NCBI GenBank assembly: GCA_000004695.1
Contig: CM000153.2
Coordinates: forward strand, 2,528,001-2,592,000
DNA length: 64,000 nt
Direction: 5' to 3'
Origin: Dictyostelium discoideum
Taxonomy: Eukaryota
The notes under the pieces were generated by a model. It had not been told where the DNA came from, did not search any database, and saw only the letters and a program-made list of their open reading frames with translations. Position 1 is the stretch's first letter; each line of letters starts with the position of its first letter. Shown one piece after another: positions 27,001 through 38,568 of this stretch. The position numbers and the translations under genes were made by a program.

Positions 27001-27903
27001 ACTAGTAAACGTCCACTCTTAACACCAGATCGTATCACTCAAATCTTCTCTACCATTGAAAACATTCAAAATCATAATTCCATCTTCTCTGATGGTCTTA
27101 CCTCTCGTATTAAGAGATGGTTGGCCGATAATAAAAAGGATCATTTAATCATTGGTGATATTTTCCAAAAGATTGGTGGTTTCATGCAAGACTATAGTAA
27201 ATACATCAACAACTACAATCAATCCATTAAAACCTACAATGAAACTAAAAAGACCAATCTTCCATTCGCTCAATTCATTAAAAAGGTTGAGTCCGATCCA
27301 GAATTGAATGATCGTGAATTGGAGAATCTTTTAATTACACCAGTTCAACAGCTACCACGTTACATTATGTTAATTCAAGATTTAATTCGTAATACTCATG
27401 ATGATCATCCAGATTATAAACCATTGACTGAAGCTTTGGATAAGATTAAACATATTACCACCATCATCAATGAAAAGAAGAGAGATGCCGAAGACGCTTT
27501 TGCAATGTTACAAATTCATCAACAAGTTCACGGTAAAGTACCAAATAATTTCGTTACTCCACATCGTAAATTCATTCGTGAAGGTGCCGTTCATTTCGGT
27601 TCTTCAAGTGGTTCTTTCAAAGATAAAGATCCAATCGTTTTCCTTTTCAATGATATGGTAATGATGACAATTAAACATCCAAACAAACCAAATGAATACA
27701 AATATCGTTACTCTTGTCAATTCTCTACCACTACCACCATCGAAGAACTTCCAAGTGTTAACAATGGTTTCATCATTAAATCAAACCAATGGTGGTCTTT
27801 CTCTTGTTCAACTCCACAAGAAAAAACTTCTTGGATGGAAACAATTCAAAAATCTTTAACAAATTTACCAAAAGAATCAAAAGTTTTAACTTCAAAAAAA
27901 TAA
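24011..27903 (+). CDS. Armadillo-repeat, coiled-coil, Dbl-homology/PH RhoGEF (Rac/Rho guanine-nucleotide exchange factor), about 1215 aa. Exons: 24011..24326, 24469..24783, 24887..27903
   Basis: Introns run GTAAGT (24327)…aaatAG (24468) and GTAAGT (24784)…ctttAG (24886), both phase 1. ARM-like repeats are present (…REAARALANATPYYDDV…KQAARALVNLARNT…). An E/R/K-rich coiled coil spans 26100-26900. The DH domain is present (IVQEIMQVEVNYVKNL…LLITPVQQLPRYIMLIQDLIRNT). A C-terminal PH-like region is present (…REGAVHF…FLFNDMVMMT…WMETIQKSL). Stop TAA at 27901-27903. Confidence 0.8.
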
Positions 27904-28089
27904 ATTAATTAATCAATAATAATAATTTTAATATTTTTAGTTCAACTTTTTTAAAAAAAAAATAAAATATAAATAAAAAAATAAACATGTAGTTTTTATC
28001 TATAAATAAAAAAATAAACACAATCTTTTTTTTTTTTTTTATAATTATGTATATATATTGGTTTTATTTATTTATTTATTATTTTAAAT

Positions 28090-28496
28090 TTATTTTTCAT
28101 CAAAATAAATTCCTTCTTCAGTTCTCCATTTAGTATCTTCATTTTTAGATTTACCACCAGAGATTTCGATTTGACCAGGAATTGGATTTTGATATTTTGC
28201 GCTTTCAATTGCTTGTAAATAAGTTTTTGTATCTGCATGTTTGAAACGAACGACTTGACCTCTCATCCATTCTTTTCCACTTTCAGTTTCAACGATCCAA
28301 TTATCACCTGTATCACCTTCTCCATTTTCACCAAAACAACTAACTTCATTTTGTTTGGTTAATGGTGAAACTGCTAAATGACTATGTAAATTCTTTTTAG
28401 TATTTGAATGAACCAATCTAATTATATCTCCATTCTTAACAACAGTGCTGTATATATTTTTTTTTAATGAATTAATTTTATAATTAATAACTTTAG

Positions 28497-28588
<92 letters not shown>

Positions 28589-29087
28589 CCTTGTAATACA
28601 CGATTACCATGTGGTCCTTTGATAACCCAAAGACTATTTGTATCATCATTTTCTGGGAAACCAGTAACAGATTGTTGGCCACTACCACCACCACTACTAC
28701 CATAACTAACTTTATGTGAATGGAGTCTGAAATTAGTTGGAACATGAGCTAATTTAACCATACTTCCATATGTTACTTTGGTTACTATTAAATGATAATG
28801 GTAATGGTAATGATAATGATAATGATGAAAATGAAATGATAATGATCCAAATTAATACAGTTTTGATGATTTTTTTTAATTGTAAATGAATGTTTGAAAA
28901 TAATGTTTAATAGTAATAATAATAAAAATAATAATAATAAAAAATTGAGTTAGTGAATAATTTTACTTTTTTTATTATTTTTTTTTTTTTTTAATTACTC
29001 ACTTGGATGGTCTTCATATTGTGATTCGTTTGCAAAAATTAATGGAATAGTAATACATAAAATTAAAATTAAAAATAAACTCTTCAT
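28090..29087 (-). CDS. Stromal-cell-derived-factor-2 (SDF2)-like MIR-domain ER protein, about 209 aa. Exons (minus strand): 29087..29003, 28775..28589, 28447..28090
   Basis: Signal peptide MKSLFLILILCITIPLIFA. The spliced product (…TYGSMVKLAHVPTNFRLHSHKVSYGSSGGGSGQQSVTGFPENDDTNSLWVIKG…GTVVKNGDIIRLVHSNTKKNLHSHLAVSPLTKQNEVSCFGENGEGD…VRFKHADTKTYLQA…) follows the human SDF2 sequence as I remember it, motif by motif. Donors are GTGAGT and GTATTA (29002, 28588). Acceptors are ccaaAG and tacAG (28777, 28449). Phases are consistent (1, 2). Confidence 0.8.
28500..28586. repeat. (AAT)n/(ATT)n microsatellite of about 29 units within intron 2 of the SDF2-like gene
   Basis: Direct read: taataataataat… for 87 nt. 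Confidence 0.9.
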
Positions 29088-29152
29088 TTTTAAATTAATT
29101 TGTTTTTTTGTTAAAAAGAAACTTTTTTATAAAAAAAAAAAAAAAAAAAAAA

Positions 29153-29183
<31 letters not shown>

Positions 29184-29644
29184 TTAAATCCCAAAAAATT
29201 TTTTTGGGTGACGAAGCTCCAATTTTTTAAAAATGTTTGGAAATAATATTTCTTTTTTTTTTTTGTTTTGATTCTAATTACCAAAATAAGTTCAGATTAT
29301 TTTTAAACTTAGTTAGTACTTAAAAAAAAAAAAAAAAAAAAATCAAATATTAAATATCAAATCTTTATCTTATCACCTTTTTTTTATCTTAATCACCTTC
29401 TTTGTGTAATATATTATTATAAAAAAAAAAAAAAAAAAAAAATCAAATATCGAATATCATATCGAATATCAACATTTACCATAATAAAAATAAAAATAAA
29501 ATAAAATGACATCATCACTCTTTATTTTTATTTAAACCAAAAACTAAAAGAAGGTTGACACAAAGGCTGAATAAATTAATTCCCACCATAGTATTTTTTC
29601 CTTCCTACAAGCAAAAAGGTGGGATTTTTTTATTTGTTTAATTT

Positions 29645-29698
<54 letters not shown>

Positions 29699-29757
29699 AA
29701 AATAAAATTTTTTTTTTTAATCACATTTATTAATTTTGGTTGGTTTAAACTAAAAAT

Positions 29758-32700
29758 ATGATCACATCAGGTGGCAACGAAGAAATTGGTGAAAATGAAC
29801 TTGAACCATTATTGGTTAATAATGGGTCAGGGGATTTATCATATTTAAAAAAGTTTGAAAAACAAGAGAATATTGATGAAAATGGAGGAGATGATATGCT
29901 ATTGGTTGATAAAATGGTCGGATACCAATCAATATCATCTAGAGAATTAATTTATTGGTTATCTATACTATTTTCATGTGGAGGTATCTTATTGATATTT
30001 TATTGGTTTGAATCATTTTACATCAACACTCGATTCAAAAAATCTTCAATCTCAAGTGCTAACCACGTTTTAGTTTATTCAAAAGATTCAAGAACTGAAT
30101 TTTGTAAAGTTAATTATTTGGTGGTATATATTTTTTTTTTTTTTTTTTTTTTTTTTACCAATATATTAATAGTATAATTTTTTTTTTTTTTTTTATACTA
30201 ATATATTTTATTGTTGTTATTATTTTAATTTTATTTTTTTTTATTTTTAAAGGAAGAAAATGAAAAATATATAATTTATAGATTTTCAAGATTTTTTTTC
30301 AATGAAAAACTTCAAGAATATGAAAAGACTAAATTAATTAATCAATATGAAAAGATTGATTTTTTAAGATTGGTCGAGAATGGATTAAGTGAAAACAATT
30401 TACAGAGAATGAAACAAAGATTTGGAAGTAATGAAATTAATTTTCCAGTTAAAAATATACCAAGATTATTAATGGAAGAAGTATTACATCCATTCTTTAT
30501 TTTCCAAATTTATAGTGTTTGTTTATGGATAGCAGAAGAGTATTATTATTATGCAGGTGCAATCTTTATAATTGCAACTGTAAGTGCAGTTTTAAGTTTA
30601 AGAGAGATTCGTGGAAATTTATTATCATTACAAAAGATAGCCCATTTTGTATGTCCAGTTAGAGTTGTTAGAAATAATGGTAGAATTGAAACTATTCCCT
30701 CAACAGATTTGGCACCTGGCGATATTATCGAGTTAAAACAAGATTTCATTATGCCATGTGATGCTATCTTATTATCTGGTCAAGCAATTCTTAATGAATC
30801 AATGTTAACAGGTGAATCAATTCCAGTAAATAAATATAGTATCTTAAGTGATGAAGAGATTAAATCATTTAAACAACGTAATAATAATAATCAACAACAA
30901 CAACAAAATATTATTGATATTAGTGATAAAGAAATTAAAGATTTATCAAAAGAAAAACGTTCATTAGTTTTTGGAGGTACAGTTGTTGTTAAACTTTTAT
31001 CATCACCAAGTACAAATGATAGAATTTTATGTATGGTACGTGATACATCATTTCAAACCACCAAAGGTAAACTCATCCTTAGTATTTTATATCCAAAGAA
31101 ATCTCATTTCAAATTCTTTATGGAAAGTTTAAAATTTGTAGGTTTTTTATGCTTTTTAGCTGTTATTGGTTTTTGTATTTCAGTTTGGAAATTAAATTCA
31201 TTAGGTATTGATTTTGGTACTATTGCAATTCGTGCTCTCGATTTAATTACCATTGTTGTTCCACCAGCATTACCAATGGCAATGACAGTAGGTACTGGTT
31301 TTGGTTTATCACGTTTACGTAAAACTAAAGTATTTTGTATTTCACCACCACGTTTAAATATGGCTGGTAAAATTCAAGTATTTTGTTTCGATAAAACTGG
31401 TACTTTAACTGAAGAAGGATTAGATTTATTAGGAATAATTTCAACTTTACAAAGTACAGTAAAACATGTCGATAATATCAATAGTACATCAGAGTATAAA
31501 TTTAATGAACTAAATGATCCAAAGATAACATTCTTTAGTAATACCACTGCAATGTTTAGAGTATTGATGGCATCATGTCATTCTTTAACCGTTATTAATG
31601 GTTCAGTTTCTGGTGATCCATTGGAGATTAAAATTTTTGAATCAACAAATTCAACCATTTTAGATGCTGGTACAATCGGTGGTAGTGGTCAAGTAATTTC
31701 ATTGGTAGCAACAGCATTTTCCTCTCAAGATACTATCTCCTATTTAGAGAATTTCGATTTCCAATCAAAACTTCAAAGAATGAGTGTAATAGTTCAATTA
31801 AAATCTGATAATGCATGCTATAGTCTTGTTAAAGGTAGTCCAGAAATGGTGAAGGGCCTATGTTTCCAACATACAATTCCAAACGATTATGATAGTCAAT
31901 TGGCAATGTATACAGAGAAAGGTTATAGAGTTTTGGCCTGTGCTTACCGTAGTTGGGATCCAACAGTTTTATTCCCAAAAAGAGAACTCCTTCGTAAAGA
32001 ATCAGAATCAAATCTTCATTTCTTAGGTTTTATCATTATGGAGAATAGAGTTAAACCTCAATCACCACCAATCATTCAAAGATTACAAAGTGCAAACATT
32101 AGAACCGTTATGGTAACTGGTGATAATGGTTTAACGGCTACTAGCGTTGCAAAGCAATGTGGTATAATTAAAAGTGATACATTATTATTTATGGGCTTAA
32201 TTCAACCATCATCATCTCCATCACCAACCAATGGTATTGAGGATGAGATTATTTGGGAACCTGTTTCTCAAGATGGTAGAGGTAACATTCATAAATTAGA
32301 TCCAACCACTTTATTATTGGATGAAATGAATCGTGATTATAATTTGATTGTCAGTGGACCTGTTTTCAAACAAATCTACAATCATTATTTAGCAACTGGT
32401 TCACCTAGATTCATTAATATGTTGAGACGTGGTATTGTTTACGCAAGAATGACACCAGATGAAAAACAAAGTTTGATCGAAGAGTTACAACGTATTGGAT
32501 TATATGTTGGTATGTGTGGTGATGGTGCAAATGATTGTGGTGCATTAAAGGCTGCCCATGTTGGTATATCTTTATCAGAGAGTGAAGCATCAATAGCTGC
32601 ACCATTTACATCAACCATCACCGATATCAGTTGTTGTCCAAATTTAATTAAAGAAGGTAGAGCATCATTGGCAGTTTCTTTCAAACTCTTTCAATTTATG

Positions 32701-33551
32701 GGAATATATTCATTGATTCAATTTACTTCGGTAATCTTTTGTTATTTCCATGCAAGTGTTTTGGGTAATTGGCAATATCTTTACCAAGATCTCATAGTCA
32801 TCTTTCCATTGGTAATCTTTTTAGGTATGACTGAACCATGTGAAAAACTTTCTGTCAAACGTCCATCTGGGAGATTGATAAGTTTAAATATGATTGGTTC
32901 ACTATTATCTCATATCACTGTATGCTTTGTATTCTTACTTGTTGTTTTCCATTTGGTTCAAAGCAAATCTTGGTTTGACGAGCCCTTACTCGATCCAGAT
33001 AATATTTTTAATTATATCACTACCTCTCTTTTCATTTTTGGATGCTTCCAATATTCAATTATGTTATTTGTATTTTCATTTGGTAAACCATTTTTAAAAG
33101 CAATTTATACAAATAGTAAGTTTTTTTTTTTAATATCTATTTTTAGTTTACATTATTACATAATTACTAATATAGTTTTCTTTTTTTTTATTTTTTTTTT
33201 TTTTATTTATTTTTAAAAGGATATTTATTTTTAGTTTACATTGTTACATTAATTGCAAATTTAATAATACTATTTGGTGGCTTTGAGAAACTTTATAATT
33301 TCTTACAATTAAGAGTTATCCCAGTTAGTTGGAGAAGTACAATGTTTGGTATGATAATAGGAAATTTAGTTGCCAATTGTCTTATTGAGCTTTCCTTCTA
33401 TTTCTATAAATCTAGATCAAAGAAGAAAAAGATTTTAAATATAAGAATTATTTTCTCAAAGAAAAACAATGAATTACCAAAAGACCCAAGAGTCTTTAAT
33501 ACTAATTCAGTTTCAATTCCAATTTATCAAGATTATTATGATACCTTTTAA
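29758..33551 (+). CDS. P5B-type P-type ATPase (ATP13A2-5-like cation/polyamine transporter), about 1150 aa. Exons: 29758..30120 (donor at 30121 or 30124), 30253..33115, 33220..33551
   Basis: The P-type motifs are present: DKTGTLT (CFDKTGTLTEEGLD), TGES, MVTGDN and GDGANDCGALKAAHVGISL. The P5B-diagnostic PPALP is present in M4 (IVVPPALPMAMTVG). The N-terminal membrane segment typical of P5 pumps is present. Introns run GTGGTA or GTATAT…ttaaAG (30252), phase 0, and GTAAGT (33116)…aaaAG (33219), phase 1. Stop TAA at 33549-33551. Confidence 0.8.
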
Positions 33552-33671
33552 TAAATTTATTTTTAACACGCAAAAAAAAAAAAAGAAAATGGTTTTGGGT
33601 GGCTTGTTTGGTTTTTTTATAATATTGATTAATTAATTAATTTATCCATCAACATTAATTAATAGGTTTAT

Positions 33672-34637
33672 TTAAGGATTTTTAATTTTTGAGTTATGGT
33701 TGGATGACAGCTCCCTTGAATAATCGTTAAGTAGGAAGTCTATTTTCTTAAGCATTATGCTTGAGAGGGTTGAGGATTTTTTTAATCTCCATCTGCGCTT
33801 GTTCATCTGTATGTTGGGTAGAGTGAAGGTGGTTGATAGGAAGTTGTGATCTGATAGAGGTATGTCATTAATTTTTGGGGGGATTAGGTTCCTTAAGTAT
33901 AATTGGCTGTAGTTGATTATGCTATTGTTAAGGTATATTCTGTCTAGTCTCCTTTCCAAGATTCTTGTGAGGTTATTGTTTGTGTTGTGTATCGTTCTTG
34001 AGAAGGTGGGTCTTTTATTTAGTTGGTCCATATCCATTAGGTTATTTGAAATTCTGATGGCTTCAATTACTGTGGCCATCTCATCTGGGGATTGTGTTGT
34101 CAAGTTGCCTTGGTCGTCATTTGATGTGTGATTGTCATTGAAGTCTAAACAATTGAAGTCACCTGCTATGATGTCGATGTTTTTATTAGGGTTAGACGTT
34201 AGGTTGTGGTATTGGTTGTTGAAGAGTTTGTTTAGTGTTGAAGCTAGTATTTTTCTTTTATCAGGTTGGGCCGGGGCGTATATGGCCAAGATTCTCGTTG
34301 TGGTATCTTTTATTAGAATGTCTGATATTATTAGTCTACCTTCTATTATGAATATTGGTGAGAGTTTTATGTTTTGGTTGTTGTGGTTTAGTATTCCTAT
34401 TCCGTTGCCTCTGTTGGTTGCGCTAATGATGAAGCCAGGAAATAGCTGGTGTGCTTGTGTTGCGTCAGCATTGAGTTCATTGACTATGGTTAGTGCCAAT
34501 GAGTTTGGGGGGNNNNNNNNNNNNNNNNNNNNNNNNNNNNNNNNNNNNNNNNNNNNNNNNNNNNNNNNNNNNNNNNNNNNNNNNNNNNNNNNNNNNNNNN
34601 NNNNNNNNNNNNTTTTTAAACGCGGCTTTAAATTCAA
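33672..34637 (-). CDS. Retroelement ORF2 N-terminal fragment: apurinic/apyrimidinic (L1-like) endonuclease domain, interrupted by the assembly gap
   Basis: EEP-family signatures are present: …IAGDFNCLDFNDNH… and …PLSDHNFL… (the catalytic D and SDH). Expected reverse-transcriptase motifs downstream are absent. Confidence 0.65.
   Translation of the reverse strand: MNLKPRLKXXXXXXXXXXXXXXXXXXXXXXXXXXXXXXXXXXPPNSLALTIVNELNADATQAHQLFPGFIISATNRGNGIGILNHNNQNIKLSPIFIIEGRLIISDILIKDTTTRILAIYAPAQPDKRKILASTLNKLFNNQYHNLTSNPNKNIDIIAGDFNCLDFNDNHTSNDDQGNLTTQSPDEMATVIEAIRISNNLMDMDQLNKRPTFSRTIHNTNNNLTRILERRLDRIYLNNSIINYSQLYLRNLIPPKINDIPLSDHNFLSTTFTLPNIQMNKRRWRLKKSSTLSSIMLKKIDFLLNDYSRELSSNHNSKIKNP
34513..34612. 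other. Assembly gap (100 N) within the retroelement, preceded by gggggg
   Basis: A direct run of n characters. Confidence 0.95.
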
Positions 34638-34665
34638 TTTAAATCCAATTTAAATCAACTTTTCT

Positions 34666-35088
34666 TTAAATTTGCTTTAAAGGTGCATTTTTCTTTGCTG
34701 TGGATTTAATTAGTTTACATCCTTCATTTTCTATTACCCATTCTATTTCTGTGAGTGATTTATACCAATCGAAATCCGTATACATATTTTTTGGTCTTAG
34801 AGTGGTTATAAATTGTCCTTTTAATTCTGCATCGAACATATTTACAAAATAGATTACTGTACTAATACTGTCTGTGAGAATTTTGAATGTATTATTACTT
34901 TTGATTAAAACATCTTTTTTGTCCAAACTTTTTTCTAAATCTTTTTTTATTTTATCGTCTGGTTCGTGATTGATGTTTATGACGTATTTGAATTGTTTTT
35001 TTTTTAATTGAGTTTTATCCACAATTTCGCTTATTTTTTGTAGGCATTTGTGTTGCTTAATATTTGTGGTGTTGTTTGTGATTTTCAT
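34666..35088 (-). CDS. Retroelement ORF1-like protein (140 aa)
   Basis: An intact ORF (MKITNNTTNIKQHKCLQKISEIVDKTQLKKK…) immediately 5' (on the minus strand) of the endonuclease ORF, inside the TRE-like element. Confidence 0.5.
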   Translation of the reverse strand: MKITNNTTNIKQHKCLQKISEIVDKTQLKKKQFKYVININHEPDDKIKKDLEKSLDKKDVLIKSNNTFKILTDSISTVIYFVNMFDAELKGQFITTLRPKNMYTDFDWYKSLTEIEWVIENEGCKLIKSTAKKNAPLKQI

Positions 35089-35163
35089 TTTATTTTCTTT
35101 CTATTTTTTATATTTTTCTTTAAAAAGTTAAAAATCTGGAAATTTTCTGATTAACTTGGTTCC

Positions 35164-35214
<51 letters not shown>

Positions 35215-35536
35215 TCTTTTTTATATGAAAAATGAAATAATCAAAAAAAGAGATTGTTGTTGTTGTTTGTTTTTTTTCGATCTGATTATTTTTTGCTTTT
35301 TTTTGAAAATTTTGCTACGCAAAATTCTCAAAACGAAACAAATAATAAATTACAATAAAGTAAAAAGATGGCTTTTTAAGATAGTTTATTTATTTATTTA
35401 TTTGTTTTTTAAGTCTTTTTTATATGAAAAATGAAATAATCAAAAAAAGAGATTGTTGTTGTTGTTTGTTTTTTTTCGATCTCAAAATTTATCCCAAGGA
35501 ATTGAAATACGGCGATCATTACAAGAATCCCATAAA

Positions 35537-35610
35537 GCCTTAGTAGCTCAGTTGGTACGAGCGTGAGACTGAAGATCTTAAGGTCGCTGGTTCGATCCCG
35601 GCCTGAGGCA
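35537..35610 (+). tRNA. tRNA-Phe(GAA): tRNA-Phe (anticodon GAA)
   Basis: gccttagtagctcagttggtacgagcgtgagactGAAgatcttaaggtcgctggttcgatcccggcctgaggca. The 7-bp acceptor stem GCCTTAG/CTGAGGC has one G-U pair. The D arm is GCTC…GAGC with AGTTGGTA. The anticodon loop is CTGAAGA. The T arm is GCTGG-TTCGATC-CCGGC, with discriminator A. Internal A and B boxes are present. Confidence 0.9.
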
Positions 35611-35642
35611 AATATTTATCAAACATTCAATAAAAAGCGCAA

Positions 35643-35656
35643 GTTCGATTCTCGGT
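35643..35656 (+). promoter_or_regulatory. External B-box-like element (gcaagTTCGATTCtcgg) about 35 bp downstream of the tRNA, followed by a T9 tract (35664-35672) as a likely Pol III terminator
   Basis: GGTTCGANTC-like match outside the tRNA body. Dictyostelium tRNA genes commonly carry such an extra B box, established knowledge as I recall it. The T-run ggtcacttttttttt follows. Confidence 0.45.
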
Positions 35657-35664
35657 CACTTTTT

Positions 35665-36317
35665 TTTTAAAATGAAAACTGGTCAATATTATAAAAAACA
35701 ACTAAATCATACTCAATCACCAAACCGTGTGAGATACAACACAGCAATACCCAAAGTATTCAAAACATCAACAGCATTTCTCACCAAAAAGGTAGAAACA
35801 CCCTCTTCAGATTCTTCTCAAGATCACTTCCAGGTATCAACCACGAAAGAGACACCAGATGCAAGATCTGTGGCCACCTATTCAGAGACCCTTATTCTCA
35901 CCTCTTCACTCTATGCCAAGATATCCTTGATATTGAAAAAACCATCATATCAACAGTTAAAAAATTATCATTCATCAAAATCCACAGATGGTCAATGGAT
36001 ACCTTAGACATATCAAAATACAACAGAACTGAGAGAATCTTCCCCAATCTCATAGGAATAATAGCACACCAATTATGGAAGATAATCTGTCACAAATTGT
36101 TCAACACTGATGAAAGCAAACCAGAGCCAAAATTCGAACAAAAGGTCATAGAAACAGAATTACTAAATCTCATCGAAACTGAAAAATTCATCACACTAAA
36201 GAAAATCAAACACGACGAAGCAATACTAAAAAACACCAATCAAGATCTTCACAAATACAAATTCAACAAAGCCTGGCAAACCCCAGCAGCTCCGAACCCT
36301 CTTCCAATTTAAGTAGT

Positions 36318-36400
<83 letters not shown>
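35665..36400 (+). mobile_element. 5'-truncated non-LTR retroelement 3' fragment with a ~78-nt poly(A) tail (36323-36400), within about 60-100 bp downstream of tRNA-Phe (TRE3-like position)
   Basis: Two overlapping decayed ORFs (35672..36007 and 35995..36312; …IAHQLWKIICHKLFNTDESKPEPKFEQKV…NKAWQTPAAPNPLPI) end in a long pure A tract. Position downstream of a tRNA and the plus orientation are consistent with the TRE3 class. Confidence 0.5.
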
Positions 36401-36408
<8 letters not shown>

Positions 36409-36696
36409 GTTTAAAAAAATTAATACAATTGAATAATAAAAATAAAACCGTTTAACAAACACCGCCGAAAAGACAAAAGGACATTCCTTGAAGGTCTGAT
36501 CACAGGTAAAAAAAAAAAAAAAAAAACAATCACCAAACCGTGATAACAAAAAAAAAGGCCAAATAAAAGAAAAAAAAATCATTGATCAAATTAAAAAAAA
36601 GATTGGAATAAATTTTATTTTAATAATTTAAGCCATTTAATAGTTGGTATTATAGAAATAATTTAAATGATAATGAAAACAATTTAAAACACCTTT

Positions 36697-36979
36697 AAAT
36701 GTGTATTTGGACATCAATACCAAGGATAAAGATTAATTAAATGAGAATCTGTATTTGTTTGAACCTTGTTACCACTTTGTTGTGTTTGATTAGACATTTG
36801 ATTTAATGATTTGAAACTTCTTTTGCTTGATTTAACATTACCTAAAGATGAAATTGATTCTTTTACATAATGTTTTGTAAAATTAAATTTTTTTTTTTTT
36901 TTTTTTTTTGTTAGTTTTTTTTTTTTTTTTAAAATTCAAAAAAAAAAACTTTTAAAATTTTATTCTTATTGTATAACAT
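36697..36979 (-). pseudogene. HssA/2C/7E-like unit 1, decayed: the splice donor is mutated (ACAATAAG instead of ACAGTAAGT) and an 8-bp deletion frameshifts the C-terminus
   Basis: An alignment to units 2 and 3 shows both lesions. The exon-2 reading ends …SHLINLYPWY*. Confidence 0.55.
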
Positions 36980-37557
36980 TTTGAAATATAAAAGAAATTA
37001 AATTGATATTGAATTTGTATTTGAAATGGAGTAGTTTAGAATTTTTTTAATTTCATATTTATACTTTTTTTTTTCAATTTTTTTTTTTCTCCTTATGTAT
37101 TTTAAATTACTATATTAGATATTCAAATTGAATATAAATCAATAATTTTAAAAAATCGCCTTTAAATAATTTTATTTTTTCAAAAAATCTTCTCCTAAAT
37201 ATTTTTTATTTTTAAAATCTAAAAAAAAAAAGCAGATCCTTGGATTTGTAATCATCTCTATTGGGAAAACAAAACTAATCCCTATATAAGATTGGATAAA
37301 AGAAAAAAAATTTAGTTTAAGATGTAGAACTCACAAATAATTGATTGAAAATAAAAAAAAAAAAAAAAAAAAAAATTTCTATCATGTTTGGTCATATTGG
37401 AAAAAAAGCTAAATCTTTGGCCAAATAAAAAAGAAAAATCTTTGATCAAAAAAAAAGAAATTAAATTTTTTTAAATTTATTTTATAAAAAAATATTGGAT
37501 AAAATTTTATTTAATCAATTAAGACTTTTAGTGTTTTGTATGATACAAAAAACACCT

Positions 37558-37841
37558 TTAAATTTGTAATTGGACATCAATACCAAGGATATTTGCAGAA
37601 AGATCTATTAAATGAGGATTTGTATTAGTTTGAACATTGTTACCACTGTGTTGTGTTTGATTGGATAATTGATTTACTGATTTGAAATTGTTTTGGCTTG
37701 ATTTAACATTACCTAAAGATGAAATTGATTCTTTAAAAATGTTGTTATGTAAAAAAAAAAAGTTTTTTTTTTTTTTTTAATTTTTTTTTTTTAATTATTA
37801 TTTAATTCAAATTTTAAAATTTTAAACTTACTGTATAACAT
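37558..37841 (-). CDS. HssA/2C/7E-family-like small protein (about 60 aa), unit 2. Exons: 37841..37832, 37730..37558
   Basis: Exon 1 is ATGTTATACA followed by a GTAAGT donor. Acceptor tttaaAG (37732/37731), phase 1. Product MLYKSISSLGNVKSSQNNFKSVNQLSNQTQHSGNNVQTNTNPHLIDLSANILGIDVQLQI*. The SISSLGNVKS motif and a C-terminal LGIDVQL resemble the HssA/B-like (sigN) small proteins. The family assignment is from memory. Confidence 0.5.
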
Positions 37842-38568
37842 TTTGAAAAATTAATGGAAAAGTTGGAATTATTGTAAATGTTTTAATTTGAATTGAAGTG
37901 GTTTACAATTATTTTTCATTTCCTATTTATACTCTTTTTTTTTTTTTTTTTCATATTTTTTTTTTTCTCAAAACATTAGTATAATATTATATGCAAATAC
38001 TAAATACTAAATAAATAACATAGATATTCTATTATCAAATCGTTAATTTTTTGTTGATTTTTATTTTAAAAAATCGCCTTAATTTTACAGATTTAAAAAA
38101 TCTAACATAAAAAAAGGCATATATTTGGATTTGTATTCAACTCTTAAGTGATAAAAATTCGGGATTTCGCGCCATGACAAGTTATTTTAATAAATGATAT
38201 ACTCCGCAACAAAGATTACGTAAACAAAAATAAAAAAAATCCATATTTTACACAAGCGTAAAAAAAAAAAAATTACAATTCAATTAGGAATTAATTTTTT
38301 TTTTATAAAAAAACCAACTGCCATCTTCAAAACTTTTAAAACCCAAAAACACTGGGTGATATTTGAAAAAAAAAAAAAAAAAAAAAAAATTGTTCTTTTT
38401 AGCAATAAAAGGAAAAAAAAAAATTGTTCTTTTTAGCAATAAAAGTAAAAAAAAAAATTCTATTTATAAAAAAAATTATTATTGTATAAAAATTTTATTT
38501 AATCATTTAAACCATTTAATGGCAGATACTATATAGAAAAATTTCAAATGATACCATTAAAATCACCT

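Larger units (their letters stand above)
33660..35483 (-). mobile_element. tRNA-gene-targeted non-LTR retrotransposon remnant (TRE5-A-like). Its 5' end faces the tRNA-Phe gene, about 54 bp upstream. It is internally truncated or collapsed and contains a 100-N gap
   Basis: The minus-strand ORF1-like frame (34666..35088) and the APE-type endonuclease domain (33672..34637) are read toward lower coordinates. Duplicated ~75-bp 5' modules lie at 35211-35285 and 35408-35483. The element's 5' end (about 35483) lies roughly 54 bp from the tRNA start at 35537, the position and orientation typical of TRE5. The N run at 34513-34612 is inside the element. The element stops abruptly at about 33660 without a poly(A) tail, so it is likely truncated or mis-assembled. 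Confidence 0.65.

Noticed and set aside
33913-34653. Plus-strand ORFs 33913..34131 and 34132..34653 in the retroelement
   Set aside because: They are antisense to the endonuclease domain, whose EEP motifs are clear on the minus strand. The second one crosses the N gap.
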